Counted from the stretch's first letter, positions 1 through 10,458 are shown. The stretch: 64,000 bases of DNA from Candidatus Uhrbacteria bacterium (GCA_016187515.1 JACPJN010000006.1:257556-321555), one strand, 5' to 3'. Translations and numbers: made by a program. The notes: generated by a model from the letters alone, not told the origin.

Positions 1-454
1 TTTTCAGCGTAGGACGAACAGAAAACGAAACTAGGAAACTTCCCTCACCATCAATGAACCCGGTAATATAGGACGCGATCTCCATAGACTATTTGTTTTA
101 AGTAAGAGCCGACGTGTTGGCCCGAGCATTCTCCATTCTCGGACCCTTCCCTTTCGGGTCAGTCGTTACGGGGTCACTCCGATATCCATCGGAGGACTTC
201 CCACGGTATTGTCCTCGCACCTCGTTCCACTCGGCGCTCTGTGTACGAATCAACAAATATCACTACAAATCCAACGAATTTGTATTATTCGTAGGATTCG
301 TGCAAGATTCGTAATTCGTAACGGAGTGCGGAGCAAAAGCGACGCACGATAGGATTCCACCGTTATGAGTCGGCGTACTTATGCCGTGTTACCACAGCAT
401 TCGGGCGAGTGTTCCCGACCGGAAACATTTTTTCACCCGACAAGGGATTACGCT

Positions 455-769
455 CATTTTGTTACTCCATCTTTATGGAGGCATAGTCATTTCTGCCATG
501 CTCTGCATGTCGCCATGTCCCGACGATATTTGATATATCGGGACTCCGATTTTACATCGGAGCAGTTCGGACTATATCTTGTCCGACGCTGAGTCGGACT
601 CTGGCGTATAGTCTCTACGGACTCTCTCAACACTTTCGTGTTAAGGTTGCCTCGGTATTGTCTCGATGCTTATCGAGATGTTTACCGATATAGCCAGATT
701 TTCTTCTACCTCTTTGCAATGGCTGCAAAGTTCGAAGGAGGTCTTCCACCTCACTAAGGCAGCAATTCC
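455..769 (-). ncRNA. ORF-less group I intron in the 23S rRNA at the E. coli U1931/A1932 site
   Basis: An insertion of about 315 nt splits GTCCTAAGGU | AGCGUAAUCCCUUGUCGGGU. The 5' exon ends in U and the intron ends in G (…GUAACAAAAUG|AGCG). The internal core GAGACUAUACGCC…GUCCGACUCAGCGUCGGAC…AAGAUAUAGUCCGAAC matches the group I P7/P3 core (compare Tetrahymena CAGACUAAAUGUCGGUCGG…AAGAUAUAGUCGGACC). There is no ORF inside. Confidence 0.55.
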
Positions 770-845
770 ACCTTAGGACGATTATAGTTATCGCCGGCGT
801 TCATCAGCGCTTCGGTTCAAAGCTTCGCGCGCTCCGCGCGCAGCC

Positions 846-925
846 TATAGCATAGGGCATAGAGCAAAGGGCATAGAGATTGTTTTCTCTACGCTCTAAG
901 CTATAAGCTCTTAGCTCTAAGCTGC
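846..925. repeat. Heptamer-unit hairpin insertion (GCATAGA/GCTAAGA family) inside the 23S rRNA gene
   Basis: catagggcatagagcaaagggcatagag – loop – ctctacgctctaagctataagctcttagctctaagc. It is an imperfect inverted repeat built from tandem 7-mers. Confidence 0.6.
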
Positions 926-1054
926 GTGCGAAGCACGCTAACTTCTCCCCTTAACGTTCTGACACTGGCCAGGCATCAGCCCCTATACATTGCCTTACGG
1001 CTTCGCAGGGACCTGTGTTTTTGGTAAACAGTCGCTTGAGAGACGCTTGCTGCG

Positions 1055-1192
1055 CCCCCACACCTATCAGGTACCTTGCGTAGCACCTTGGCGCCGTACA
1101 ATGACGGTAATTATTGCAAAGTACACACTAACCTGCGTATAGTACGCAAATTGTGTGGCGCTTCGCGCCAAAGTACCTGATAGGTGTGGGGG
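1055..1192. repeat. MITE-like element bounded by 20-bp terminal inverted repeats CCCCCACACCTATCAGGTAC, inserted in the 23S rRNA gene
   Basis: cccccacacctatcaggtac at 1055-1074 and gtacctgataggtgtggggg at 1173-1192 form perfect TIRs around about 100 nt of unrelated sequence. A second copy with the same TIRs lies at 24969-25103. Confidence 0.6.
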
Positions 1193-1381
1193 AGGCCTTA
1201 TCCCGAAGTTACGGCCACTTTTTTGCCGAGTTCCTAAACGAGGGTTCTCTCGTACACCTTGGCACACTTGTGCCCGGGGACCTGTGTCGGTTTACGGTAC
1301 GGATAACCTACGACAAAATCTCAAAGCTTTTCTTGGCTCCTTGTTCATGAGAATTGACTCGACCTTGCGGCTTTGTCTGCA

Positions 1382-1505
1382 GCCGCGCTCCGCGCGGAGT
1401 TCACAGTTGTCAGTCATCAGTTCACAGTAATTGTTGTTTGTTGGACAATCAATTCAACACTGTGAACCGTGAACCGTTGACTGTAGACTCTGTGCGAAGC
1501 ACAGC
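1382..1505. repeat. GTTCACAG-family hairpin insertion in the 23S rRNA gene
   Basis: ggagttcacagttgtcagtcatcagttcacag … cactgtgaaccgtgaaccgttgactgtagactctgtg. The same unit family occurs in yebC (52258-52312) and in the phosphatase gene (41778-41875). Confidence 0.5.
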
Positions 1506-2021
1506 TATGTGCGTAACCATGAGCACACTCTCACTAGTAAGAAGCGCACCTTGAGACGACTCGTAAGCTAGCGCAGGAATATTAACCTGCTGTCCATCGG
1601 CTACGCCTTTCGGCCTCGCCTTAGGCCCGGCTCACCCTGGGTCGATTTGCGTTGCCCAGGAAACCTTCCCCTTACGGTGTGGAGGGTTCTCACCTCCATT
1701 TGTGCTACTTATGCCAACATTCTCTCTTCCTGCCGCTCCACGGCGGCTCGCGCCTACCGCTTCAACGCTGACAAGAATGCTCCCCTACCGCTCGCGCCTC
1801 GCTGCCGCTCGTCACTCGCTTTGTGTACGAATCAACGAATGCCGTTGCGAATACTACGAATTTGAATTTGTATTATTCGTAATATTCGGCAATCATTCGC
1901 AATTCGTACACAGAGTGCCAAACGATAGTGAGGCACGAGCTCTTGTCTTCGGTATACCGCTTAGCCCCGATACATTTTCAGCGCGCAAGGGCTCGACCAG
2001 TGAGCTGTTACGCTTTCTTTA

Positions 2022-2059
<38 letters not shown>

Positions 2060-2639
2060 AGCCTTTACACTTCTTTTCACACTTAGCGGTAATTTAGGGA
2101 CCTTAGACGAAGATCTGGGCTGTTTCCCTTTTGCACGACGGAGCTTAGCCCCCATCTGCTGACTCCCATGGCACCCCTGCGGCATTCGGAGGTTGATTCA
2201 ATTTGACAGCTTGCGCCGCCAAGATCGATTCAGTGCTCTACCTCCGCAGGTAATCCATAGGGCTATACCACAGTATATTTCGGGGAGAACCAGCTATCAC
2301 CCAGTTCGATTGGTATTTCACCTCTAGCCACGGGTCATCCCATAGTGTTGCACGGCTAATGGGTTCGGACCTCCCTCCGCATTTCTGCGGAGTTCATCCT
2401 GCCGATGGCTAGCTCACCGGGTTTCGGGTCTAGTCCACGCTGCTTTTGCACGAATGACTCACGAATGATTTGTGAGCAATTTGTAACAAATTACTCACGA
2501 ATATCAATTTAGTGAGTCATTCGTGCGTTAACGCCCTTTCAGACTTGGTTTCCCTGCGCCTTCGTCCCGTAGGACTTAGACTGGGCAACGCGGAACAAAC
2601 TCGTTGGCTCATTCTTCAATAGGAACACCATCACCGCGC

Positions 2640-2760
2640 ACAGCGCGGAAGCTCCAAATTCCAATTTCCAAATCACAAACAAATTCGAAATCCCAACATT
2701 CAAATCCCAAGTTTGTAATTTGGAATTTGTAATTTGGGTATTGTTTGTAATTTGGTGCTT
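2640..2760. repeat. CAAATTCCAAAT / ATTTGGAATTTG hairpin insertion in the 23S rRNA gene
   Basis: ccaaattccaatttccaaatcacaaacaaattcgaaatcccaac…caagtttgtaatttggaatttgtaatttgggtattgtttgtaatttgg. The same family is found in-frame in leuS at 62879-63060. Confidence 0.55.
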
Positions 2761-4081
2761 GGTTATTGGATATTCCGTGCTATGCACGGCTCTGATTCCT
2801 TGTAAGCGTATGGTTTCAGGTTCTATTTCACCGGCCTCACCGGCCTACTTTTCACCTTTCCCTCACGGTACTGGTTCGCTATCGGTTAGAGAGGAGTATT
2901 TAGCCTTGGCGCATAGTCGCGCCGGATTCCCACGGGATTTCACGAGTCCCGCGGTACTCAAGTATGATCATAGTAAGGCGATAACCCCTTTCGCGTACGG
3001 GACTATCACCCTCTTTGGTTGGCCTTTCCAGACCATTCTACTAGGGAAGTTACGCTACGTATACCTTACCTCACTATCAAGGCAGTGATCATGACCATCT
3101 TACAACTGCGCTCATCTTTTTAACCCTTGAGTCTTCCACAAAGCGCGTGACACTGCATCTTTCGATGAAGCGCCCGCCTCTCCGCTTTAAGATGAGGGCT
3201 CTAGGCTCATCCCCGTTCGCTCGCCGCTACTAAGGGAATACACGAATGACTCGCCAATGGAGTTACGAATTACCCACAAATAAATTCGTGAGCTATTCGT
3301 CTGCCATTAGTGAGCTATTCGCAATTAGTTTCTTTTCCTCTGGTTACTGAGATGTTTCACTTCACCAGGTTTACTTCTTGCATATTGCTATACAAGATGA
3401 TCCGATGTTAATCGGACCGGGTTGCCCCATTCGGATACCCACGGATCAAAGCTTGCTTGCCAGCTCCCCGTGGCTTATCGCAGGCTGCTGCGTCCTTCAT
3501 CGTCTCTCTCTACCAAGGCATCCACCATACGCCCTTTTGGCACTGAAGCACAAATTTGGATATATGCGCGAATACGCGCGAATCGTCACGTCCCGGTCGC
3601 AAAGCGACCGAGGATCCTCGGCAAAGCCGGGACTTGGACAATCGCGAATAAACGCGAATATGTTATTGCTTGGGTTACTAGTCGAAACTAGCAACTCGTT
3701 TTAGATGCGATTACTCTATATTCAATTGTCAATGGACTCGATAGCGCAGATGGCTACCGCCCGCTGGTTTCGCAGAATCACTATCTGCGCGATCCGCGGC
3801 CGAAAGGCATCTGTGTAATCAAAGGGCCTCGCTTCCAAGCGAGGCCCCAAAATTACACCGAAAAAACACGGCTACCCGCTTGGAAAGATTAATTTCAAGG
3901 TTTTTGCCATATTTTGGCTAAAACTTAGGGCCTCCGGCTACTTCTTATTATCACTCCTACTATGCCACACCCCCAAAATCGTGTCAAGTGCGGCTCCTCC
4001 ACAGGGTATAAACACAAAAAAGAAGCTCCACCTTCGGGTGGAGCAACAAAGGAGCTGGGTCTGTTTTGCATCGAGAGAGAT

Positions 4082-5275
4082 CTAACTCCAATCTTCCTCC
4101 AGGTCCCCCGGCTGATCGCCGACCCGCGCTTGATGAATGGCGAGGTAAGCCCGACACTTAAGCCGCAGTGTTCCCACCTGTTCAGCAACACGCCGGGCGC
4201 GGCTAAACTCATTATGATGAACAAGAGCTTGTACAAGACAGAGGCGTGCCGTATCAACTGCCGGCGTAGCGATCTTCTCGTATGTGTGCACTGCCTCATC
4301 AAGATCAGTACTCATACCTCCTTGGCTTGCCGCAATCTCCGCGAACAGAATACAGCGTTCGGTAGCATGTGGGCGAGACTTAGCAAACTGCCGTGCGGCA
4401 TTAAGTTTCCCACACTTTGCAAACGATGCTACAAGAAAATGCAGCCCTTTTACGCGCAACTTAGGACATGCTTGTGCCTCTTTTAGTAAGGTTCGCAAGT
4501 CATCCACTTCTCCCGAGTGTTGTACTATTATCGCCCATGCTGCCACTCTGGCTTCAGACAACTGCGCGGATGCAGCAAGTGCTCTCGCCCGAACCAGTTC
4601 CCCTGCTTCACTAAAGGCACGGATGAGTGGCAATTGCAACCATGCTACCGCTCTTGCGCTGTCGGCATTTCTGGCGAACGCATCCCGAACCTCGGTTGCG
4701 AGCTGTAAATCTCCGGATTCACCGGACATCGCAGCAACAAGACCACAACATCGAAATTTTTCATCCAGGCGTTGCGTGCTTTGAGTACAACGGCGAGCCT
4801 CCTCCAGTATCTCATAAAGATTACTCTCCTTAAAGATCTGAAGGAGCGCCCTTGCTCTAGATGAGGAGTCTGGGATGAGGCGTGCGATCCTTAATGCTTC
4901 CTGTATATTCCCGCAGGACAAATATGCACGCGATGTCGCTATGTATGTTTCTCCTGGAGTAGAGGGACCCTCTGGCAAGCTGGCCGCCTCTTCTACAACT
5001 CGCTCGAGGTCAAGCGGGTTACGAGTAACTGCGGCAATATCGGCGAGTCCACACACTAGCTCCTGGATATGCGTTTTGGCAGTAAAGACCTGCCGAGCCA
5101 AAATGAGCTCGTCGGTGACCGCAAATACAACTCCTGGATTTGCGAGATAACGCCGCAGGCTCGCAAGAGATACTCGACCCTCTTTGTAAAGTCTGGCCAG
5201 TACTTGGATGAAAGGAGCTAGGTCAGAAATTACTTCAATTGCAACCGTATTTTTCTGGCTCATGGCCTCCTCCAT
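4082..5275 (-). CDS. hypothetical alpha-helical repeat (TPR/HEAT-like) protein, 397 aa
   Basis: An intact 397-aa ORF rich in A/L/R/E with repeated helical segments. A strong GGAGGAGG RBS precedes the ATG. A terminator-like hairpin lies at 3822-3850 downstream. No family could be assigned by eye. Confidence 0.5.
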   Translation of the reverse strand: MEEAMSQKNTVAIEVISDLAPFIQVLARLYKEGRVSLASLRRYLANPGVVFAVTDELILARQVFTAKTHIQELVCGLADIAAVTRNPLDLERVVEEAASLPEGPSTPGETYIATSRAYLSCGNIQEALRIARLIPDSSSRARALLQIFKESNLYEILEEARRCTQSTQRLDEKFRCCGLVAAMSGESGDLQLATEVRDAFARNADSARAVAWLQLPLIRAFSEAGELVRARALAASAQLSEARVAAWAIIVQHSGEVDDLRTLLKEAQACPKLRVKGLHFLVASFAKCGKLNAARQFAKSRPHATERCILFAEIAASQGGMSTDLDEAVHTYEKIATPAVDTARLCLVQALVHHNEFSRARRVAEQVGTLRLKCRAYLAIHQARVGDQPGDLEEDWS

Positions 5276-5452
5276 GTTCCTGTTCCTCCCTGCTCATTTG
5301 GCGCCTATTCGCCAGATGGCAGTAATAAAGCATACACCAAAGCTACTACATCGGTCAAGGGGCGGGTATGACACACTGCCACAGGGTGTAGACAAAAAAA
5401 GGCGCTCCACCCTGAGCAAGGGAGGAGCTAGAAAGCGGTTTCGGGAACAAAC

Positions 5453-5872
5453 TCAGGGGGAAGAAGTGTGGCGACTGATCGGCTCTCCACTATCTCGTCC
5501 ACCACTTGGCCGATCGAGATATGACGCCGGTACGCCCGAGTGATCGACTGCCCGCAGAAGGCAGATCTCCACCCTGCTGCTAGTGAACGCGCGCGCCGCG
5601 GTTGCCCATCCAATAAGTGCTGACACGTGGCTGGCCGGGAGCGCATGGATAAGACGCTGCCAAATCTCGGAGGCGCGCGTTTCCTGCCGCTCAACCTCCT
5701 CCTCGACGCAGCGCAGACAAGCGGTGGTGTCATCTGCAAATCCCATGTGGGGTGCCTCTAAATGAGTATAGAAAAAAACAACCACCCGCTCCCCAAGCAG
5801 GTGGTTTACGATCTCACTCAACGAAATGTACAAGCGCGATGCACTTACTTGCCGGCGGTGCTCATTGCGCAT
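5453..5872 (-). CDS. hypothetical protein (frame uncertain in GC-rich DNA)
   Basis: A 139-aa ORF downstream in the same direction with no clear RBS. A 103-aa ORF in another frame (5428-5739) is an alternative. Confidence 0.25.
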   Translation of the reverse strand: MRNEHRRQVSASRLYISLSEIVNHLLGERVVVFFYTHLEAPHMGFADDTTACLRCVEEEVERQETRASEIWQRLIHALPASHVSALIGWATAARAFTSSRVEICLLRAVDHSGVPASYLDRPSGGRDSGEPISRHTSSP

Positions 5873-6054
5873 CGAAATTCAAACCATCGCGCAGTCAACC
5901 ACGATGTCCAACAAAAGAACGTGAAAGCGAGTGCGAGACTATTCGTGTCTCGATCGGAAACCAAAACACGACATGTCACAAGGAGTACAAGACTCCCCAG
6001 CGCAAATACTCGCGCGACCTTCGCGATCTGGGAAAACCGATGTGCGAATCTCAT
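5845..6054 (-). CDS. small predicted membrane protein, 69 aa
   Basis: An AGGAGG RBS lies 7 nt before the ATG (MRFAHRF…). There are two hydrophobic segments. The ORF overlaps the stop of the upstream Cys-rich gene, which suggests an operon. Confidence 0.4.
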   Translation of the reverse strand: MRFAHRFSQIAKVARVFALGSLVLLVTCRVLVSDRDTNSLALAFTFFCWTSWLTARWFEFRCAMSTAGK

Positions 6055-6056
6055 GT

Positions 6057-6338
6057 TCACTTCCTCCTGGCCCGCCGCGACCGCGGGCCTACGTAGATCA
6101 CCTGGTCGACCTGCGCTTCCCCGTGCCTTCTCGCGTATTCTTCCACACAGGTCACAAGGCGCATACCACTCACACTCAGCCGTGCTCTCCAGTTACCACA
6201 GAAAACATGCCTGCGACACTTGCTAGCCCACGCCCATCCTGGTGTGAGACGACGCTTACAGCAACTACATTTCCTGCGCCTTCCTACATAGCGTGGAGTC
6301 GTGCCTGTTTCATCGTCAACGAGTACGGCTTGTCTCAT
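6057..6338 (-). CDS. small Cys-rich (zinc-ribbon-like) hypothetical protein, 93 aa
   Basis: The start MRQAVLV was chosen because AAGGAAGCAGGAGGTG sits 8 nt upstream. The protein contains C-x-CC…C…C and an Arg-rich tail. Confidence 0.45.
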   Translation of the reverse strand: MRQAVLVDDETGTTPRYVGRRRKCSCCKRRLTPGWAWASKCRRHVFCGNWRARLSVSGMRLVTCVEEYARRHGEAQVDQVIYVGPRSRRARRK

Positions 6339-6514
6339 GGGAACACCTCCTGCTTCCTTTTTACCACACCCAATCATATAGCACAACTTCCAAAATAAAA
6401 ATTACCTCCCCCGCGTGCGACCATACCCCTCCTTGCTTTGACTATTTTGACAGGATCAGCTATACTCACCCCGTCATCCCTTCACACGCAATCCAACAAC
6501 GAAAGGAAAATGTC

Positions 6515-7387
6515 ATGGGAGACCTAGCTCCTTCTCAAATGGTGCGCGAGGCAGTCGAGTCTCTGCGGCTCAAGCTTGGCGCTCGTCGCCCGACGATCGG
6601 CCTGGTGCTCGGCTCCGGCTTGGGCGCTTACGCGGAAACCGTCCGCGATCCGGTTTCGGTTCCCTACGCCGAGATCCCGCACTTCCTGGTCCCGGCTGTC
6701 GCAGGACACGCCGGAATGCTCTGGTGCGGAACGATCGGAGAACAAACGGTCGTCGCCCTCCAAGGCCGCTGCCACCCGTACGAGGGTTACTCCATGGCGG
6801 ACCTCGTGCATCCGGTGCGCACCCTGATCGGTCTTGGCTGTCGCACGATCATCCTCACCAACGCCGCGGGCGGCATCAACCCGGCCTACCAAGCCGGCGA
6901 TCTGGTGCTCATGAGCGATCACCTCAACCTGCTTGGGCAACACCCGCTCAAGGGCCAAAACGATGACGCTCTTGGTCCGCGGTTCCCGGATATGACCGAG
7001 GTGTACTCGGCCCGACTGCGCAACCATGCGCGGGTCTGCGCCGAGATCGCTGGTCTGAAGCGGGGAGGCACGGACACAATCCGCCAATTGCCCAAGGATG
7101 GCGTGTACGCGGCCATGGCCGGCCCCAGCTACGAAACTCCGGCGGAGATCCGGATGCTTCAAGCGATGGGCGCGGACCTCGTGGGCATGTCCACCGTGCA
7201 CGAAGCCATCGCGGCGCGGCACATGGGCGCCGAGGTCATCGGAATCTCGTGCGTGACCAACCTCGCGGCCGGCATCTCGCCGACTCCGCTCTCGCACGAC
7301 GAGGTCAAGGCCGCGGCGGATGAGGCCAGGCCCCGACTTGTGGCGTGGCTGAACGAAATCATCGGCCGGCTCCCGCAGGCCGCCTAG
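6515..7387 (+). CDS. purine nucleoside phosphorylase (PNP/MTAP family)
   Basis: The protein has GLVLGSGLG, HAGML, GRCHPYEG, MSTVHEAI and ISCVTN motifs. The start was moved to MGDLAPSQ at 6515, which has GAAAGGAAAA upstream. Confidence 0.85.
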   Translation: MGDLAPSQMVREAVESLRLKLGARRPTIGLVLGSGLGAYAETVRDPVSVPYAEIPHFLVPAVAGHAGMLWCGTIGEQTVVALQGRCHPYEGYSMADLVHPVRTLIGLGCRTIILTNAAGGINPAYQAGDLVLMSDHLNLLGQHPLKGQNDDALGPRFPDMTEVYSARLRNHARVCAEIAGLKRGGTDTIRQLPKDGVYAAMAGPSYETPAEIRMLQAMGADLVGMSTVHEAIAARHMGAEVIGISCVTNLAAGISPTPLSHDEVKAAADEARPRLVAWLNEIIGRLPQAA

Positions 7388-7575
7388 TCGCACCTTAGCA
7401 ACCACACGGGCTTCAAGTCCGCACACATTAAGGAGACGCTCTTGCGCCGCCGCCGATCAGCACGATCGGTCGCGGCGCCGTTTTTTTAAAAATCACGGCG
7501 GTTCAAGTACAAGCCCGAGTTCGGGTCTTGTCTTAAATCGCCGTTTGGTTGTGGAACGAATTTTTTCGGGCTCTC

Positions 7576-8997
7576 TTACGCGGTGAGTGCACGCTCGAAC
7601 TCTTCGCGCGCCATCCGCACGAGCTCATCTGCTCTCTCCTGCGTGCGGGCATCGGAGTACGCGCGTACGACCGGTTCGGTTCCCGACGGGCGCAGAAGTA
7701 GCCATGCGCCGCTCTTCATGAACCACTTGGTTCCGTCGGTCGTGTCCGTCCACACGATCTCTTCTACGAGACTCGCGCGAAGCGATTCGGTCGCCACGGC
7801 AACCACGGCTTCCTTACGCGCATCCGGAACTTCAATTCGCACCGCCGCCTGATAGCAGCGAGGCAAGTCCGCGGCAAGCTCGGCGAGCGACTTGCCGGTC
7901 TTCGCCATGATCGCAAGCATCTTGAGCGCTGCGTAGACCCCGTCGTAACAGCACTCGAATTCCCGGAAGCCGTACTTGCCGGCGTTGGCTTCAAAAGCAA
8001 ACACCGCCTTGTGTGTGCGCACGGCCGTGTCGGTTGCGGGCTGACCAATGCGGCAATACTTCACAAGCGCGACACGTTCGCGGCAGATCTCTTCAATCAT
8101 GCCGCTCGCGTTTACCGGCGTGACCACGACATCATCGGCCTGAAGCAGGTGCCGCGCGAAGATGCCAGCCACCACGTCGTCTTGGAGCATGACGCCTTCC
8201 GGAGTGATGAACTTCACGCGATCCGCGTCGCCGTCAAAGCACGCGCCGAGCGTGAACCCTCCGTCGCGCGTGCGCGCAATCGCCTCGGCGCAGTTTTCCG
8301 GCGTGCATTCGCTCCGGCGATCCGGGATCGGCTTGGGGTCGCTGTTCAAGACCGTGTGCGTGAGCCGCAGCACCCCGAGAAGATGCTGCGAGATTTCTCC
8401 AGCGGTCCCGTTTCCGGGATCGAGGATCACACGGAACCCGGCGCCCTTGATCGCAATCCAGTCCCGCCCGAACGCGCGACAGACACTGTCTGCGTAGCGA
8501 GGAAGGCCGTTCTCGCTGGTCATGCCACCGATGTGTTCATGTCCGACAAGATACCGCCCCCGCGTGTGCTCCTCTTCCAAGAGCACATCGATCGTCGCAA
8601 GCCGAATCTCGATCGGATCGGTTACATCACGGTCGGCGTAGTGACCATTTCCGAGCATCGGAATGATCCCGATGCGCTCGGGTCTCATGTGCGAGCCGGT
8701 GACGAGAATCCCGCCGTCGAAATTTCCTTCGCGCATGTACACGCAGTACACGCCGGTCGGTACCATGCCGAGCATGACGACGTCAACGCCGACCGCCTGG
8801 AATCCGGCGATCACGGAATTGGCGAGCATGTCGGCGCCAAAGCGCTGATCGTGTCCGACAAGTACGCGCACACGCTTGCCACCTTTGGCTGATTTCAAAT
8901 TCAAGCCGTAGCATAGCGCGATACAAAACGCGAGCATGGGGGTGATCTCGAGGTTCGTTTTTCCACGAGCGCCGGAAGTGCCAAAGAGCTTTGCCAT
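7576..8997 (-). CDS. phosphohexomutase (phosphomannomutase/phosphoglucomutase, alpha-D-phosphohexomutase superfamily)
   Basis: The N-terminus reads MAKLFGTSGARG. A GHDQRF block and a TPEGV…DGDADR metal-binding loop are present. The start was trimmed to the M that follows a GGAGGAAAAACC RBS. Confidence 0.8.
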   Translation of the reverse strand: MAKLFGTSGARGKTNLEITPMLAFCIALCYGLNLKSAKGGKRVRVLVGHDQRFGADMLANSVIAGFQAVGVDVVMLGMVPTGVYCVYMREGNFDGGILVTGSHMRPERIGIIPMLGNGHYADRDVTDPIEIRLATIDVLLEEEHTRGRYLVGHEHIGGMTSENGLPRYADSVCRAFGRDWIAIKGAGFRVILDPGNGTAGEISQHLLGVLRLTHTVLNSDPKPIPDRRSECTPENCAEAIARTRDGGFTLGACFDGDADRVKFITPEGVMLQDDVVAGIFARHLLQADDVVVTPVNASGMIEEICRERVALVKYCRIGQPATDTAVRTHKAVFAFEANAGKYGFREFECCYDGVYAALKMLAIMAKTGKSLAELAADLPRCYQAAVRIEVPDARKEAVVAVATESLRASLVEEIVWTDTTDGTKWFMKSGAWLLLRPSGTEPVVRAYSDARTQERADELVRMAREEFERALTA

Positions 8998-9225
8998 GGT
9001 TTTTCCTCCACTTCGCACCTTATCATTTTTATTCTTTTCGTGCAACCTCCAAATAAAAAAGCGGGCCGGAGTTGACGCTGTAACCCAAGACCACCGCTGC
9101 ATCGCTTTTAGGAAGCGCCGAAATTGTAGCGCCGGAATCAATAATTAAAAACAGAGAAACCAGTTCCCCGTCTTTATGTGGGAAATGAAACTTCCGCGGC
9201 AGGAAATAGAGCGACTCTTCCGCCC

Positions 9226-9459
9226 TCACGCAGAGTAATCCCGTACGGAAATATCTGAGGCATAATAGATAACCGAAAGCGTTCGGGGTACGGAAAGTAT
9301 TTTGATCTCCGCAAGAGGCCGCGTCGGGACACGTTGCTTCGCATTTCGCATTACCTCTTGCAAGGTGTCCCCGGTTGCGATAATTTTGCCGTCGAGCACG
9401 GCCACCTGCTTGCCGCCATATTGTTGCACATCAATTGTGGGAATATTATTCGAGTCCAT
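9226..9459 (-). CDS. small hypothetical protein, 77 aa (DUF5678-like?)
   Basis: This is an intact ORF (…KQVAVLDGKIIATGDTLQEVMRNAK…). The family assignment is a guess. Confidence 0.3.
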   Translation of the reverse strand: MDSNNIPTIDVQQYGGKQVAVLDGKIIATGDTLQEVMRNAKQRVPTRPLAEIKILSVPRTLSVIYYASDISVRDYSA

Positions 9460-9576
9460 ACGTTTACATCATACTACGCCTCCACACCTCTTGTCAATCA
9501 TCAATCGTATACTTAAAAATAAACCTCGAAACCTTGCGGTCCGAGGCGCGTTGAAGAACACAATCCCTCCTTTTGA

Positions 9577-10458
9577 CTACTCCCCCATTGCAAACGCGGG
9601 AAACTCGCGGATGTAGGTAAGCACGCGACCGCGCGGATGTTGCGCCAGAAACGGAAGCTCGTAGGCCGGGGTACGCTCGCTCGCAAGTAGCGCCACTCGC
9701 GCGCCAAGGGTAAGCGGAAGCGCGAGATCCATCTCGAAGATGTCGCCGCCGACAACCAGATCTTCGAAGCGCGCGCTGTGCCGTTGCCGAATCGCATCAA
9801 GCGTGCGGAAGTAGCGCGGGCGGTGAAGCTGCACCGGCCGATTGAGCCCGGGAAGCTCTAGTACCGCAGGCACGCTCCAGCTCACCTCTTGCCCAGCAAC
9901 CTCGTCCGGGTCGTACTTTTTCGCGCCGCCCACTACATGAGCAGAAAGCCACTCTTCCAAACCTTCGAGCGGACCTACGAGCGCGCAAATCTTGTCGCAC
10001 ACGGCATCGGCAGCCGAGTTGGTCACGACGTAGAGGGTGTCGCGACCGTATGCCCACAACGCGAGAAACGCTTCGCGCGCGCCGGGTCGGAACACGATCT
10101 TCGTCTTCTTGTAGTGGCTCTCGTAAAGGAAGTTGAGAACGACCTCCCGATCTTGCGGATCCATAAACCTTCCGACGCGATCAAACATCAACCGCGCCAC
10201 CGCCATCATCCGCATGTAGGGATCTACCCGAGCCGGAGCCACGATCACGCGGTGCGACAACCAGCCGTGCTTGTCCGGTTCCGCGGCAATCCTGGCTTCG
10301 AACTCGACCGCGAGTCGAGCAACTTCCTGCTCGTCAAACCCGGTCAGCTTCGCCAGGTCCGCCAGGTAGGCCGCGACGAATGGTCCGCCTTCTTGCTCGG
10401 CATCGGAAAAGAACCCGTCCCAGTCGCAGACCACAACGCGATCACGTTGGCTATCCAT
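9577..10458 (-). CDS. HAD-superfamily hydrolase
   Basis: An N-terminal VVVCDWDGFF (DxD motif I) is present. A GAGGAGG RBS precedes the ATG. Confidence 0.7.
   Translation of the reverse strand: MDSQRDRVVVCDWDGFFSDAEQEGGPFVAAYLADLAKLTGFDEQEVARLAVEFEARIAAEPDKHGWLSHRVIVAPARVDPYMRMMAVARLMFDRVGRFMDPQDREVVLNFLYESHYKKTKIVFRPGAREAFLALWAYGRDTLYVVTNSAADAVCDKICALVGPLEGLEEWLSAHVVGGAKKYDPDEVAGQEVSWSVPAVLELPGLNRPVQLHRPRYFRTLDAIRQRHSARFEDLVVGGDIFEMDLALPLTLGARVALLASERTPAYELPFLAQHPRGRVLTYIREFPAFAMGE

Noticed and set aside
6293-6514. N-terminal extensions given by the ORF track for the PNP gene, the phosphohexomutase gene (track start 9141), the membrane protein (15602), gdh (33058) and yebC (52793)
   Set aside because: For PNP, the conserved N-terminus and the RBS point to an internal Met, and the 5' extension would run through the upstream genes' terminator and promoter region. 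I applied the same logic to the other four genes.
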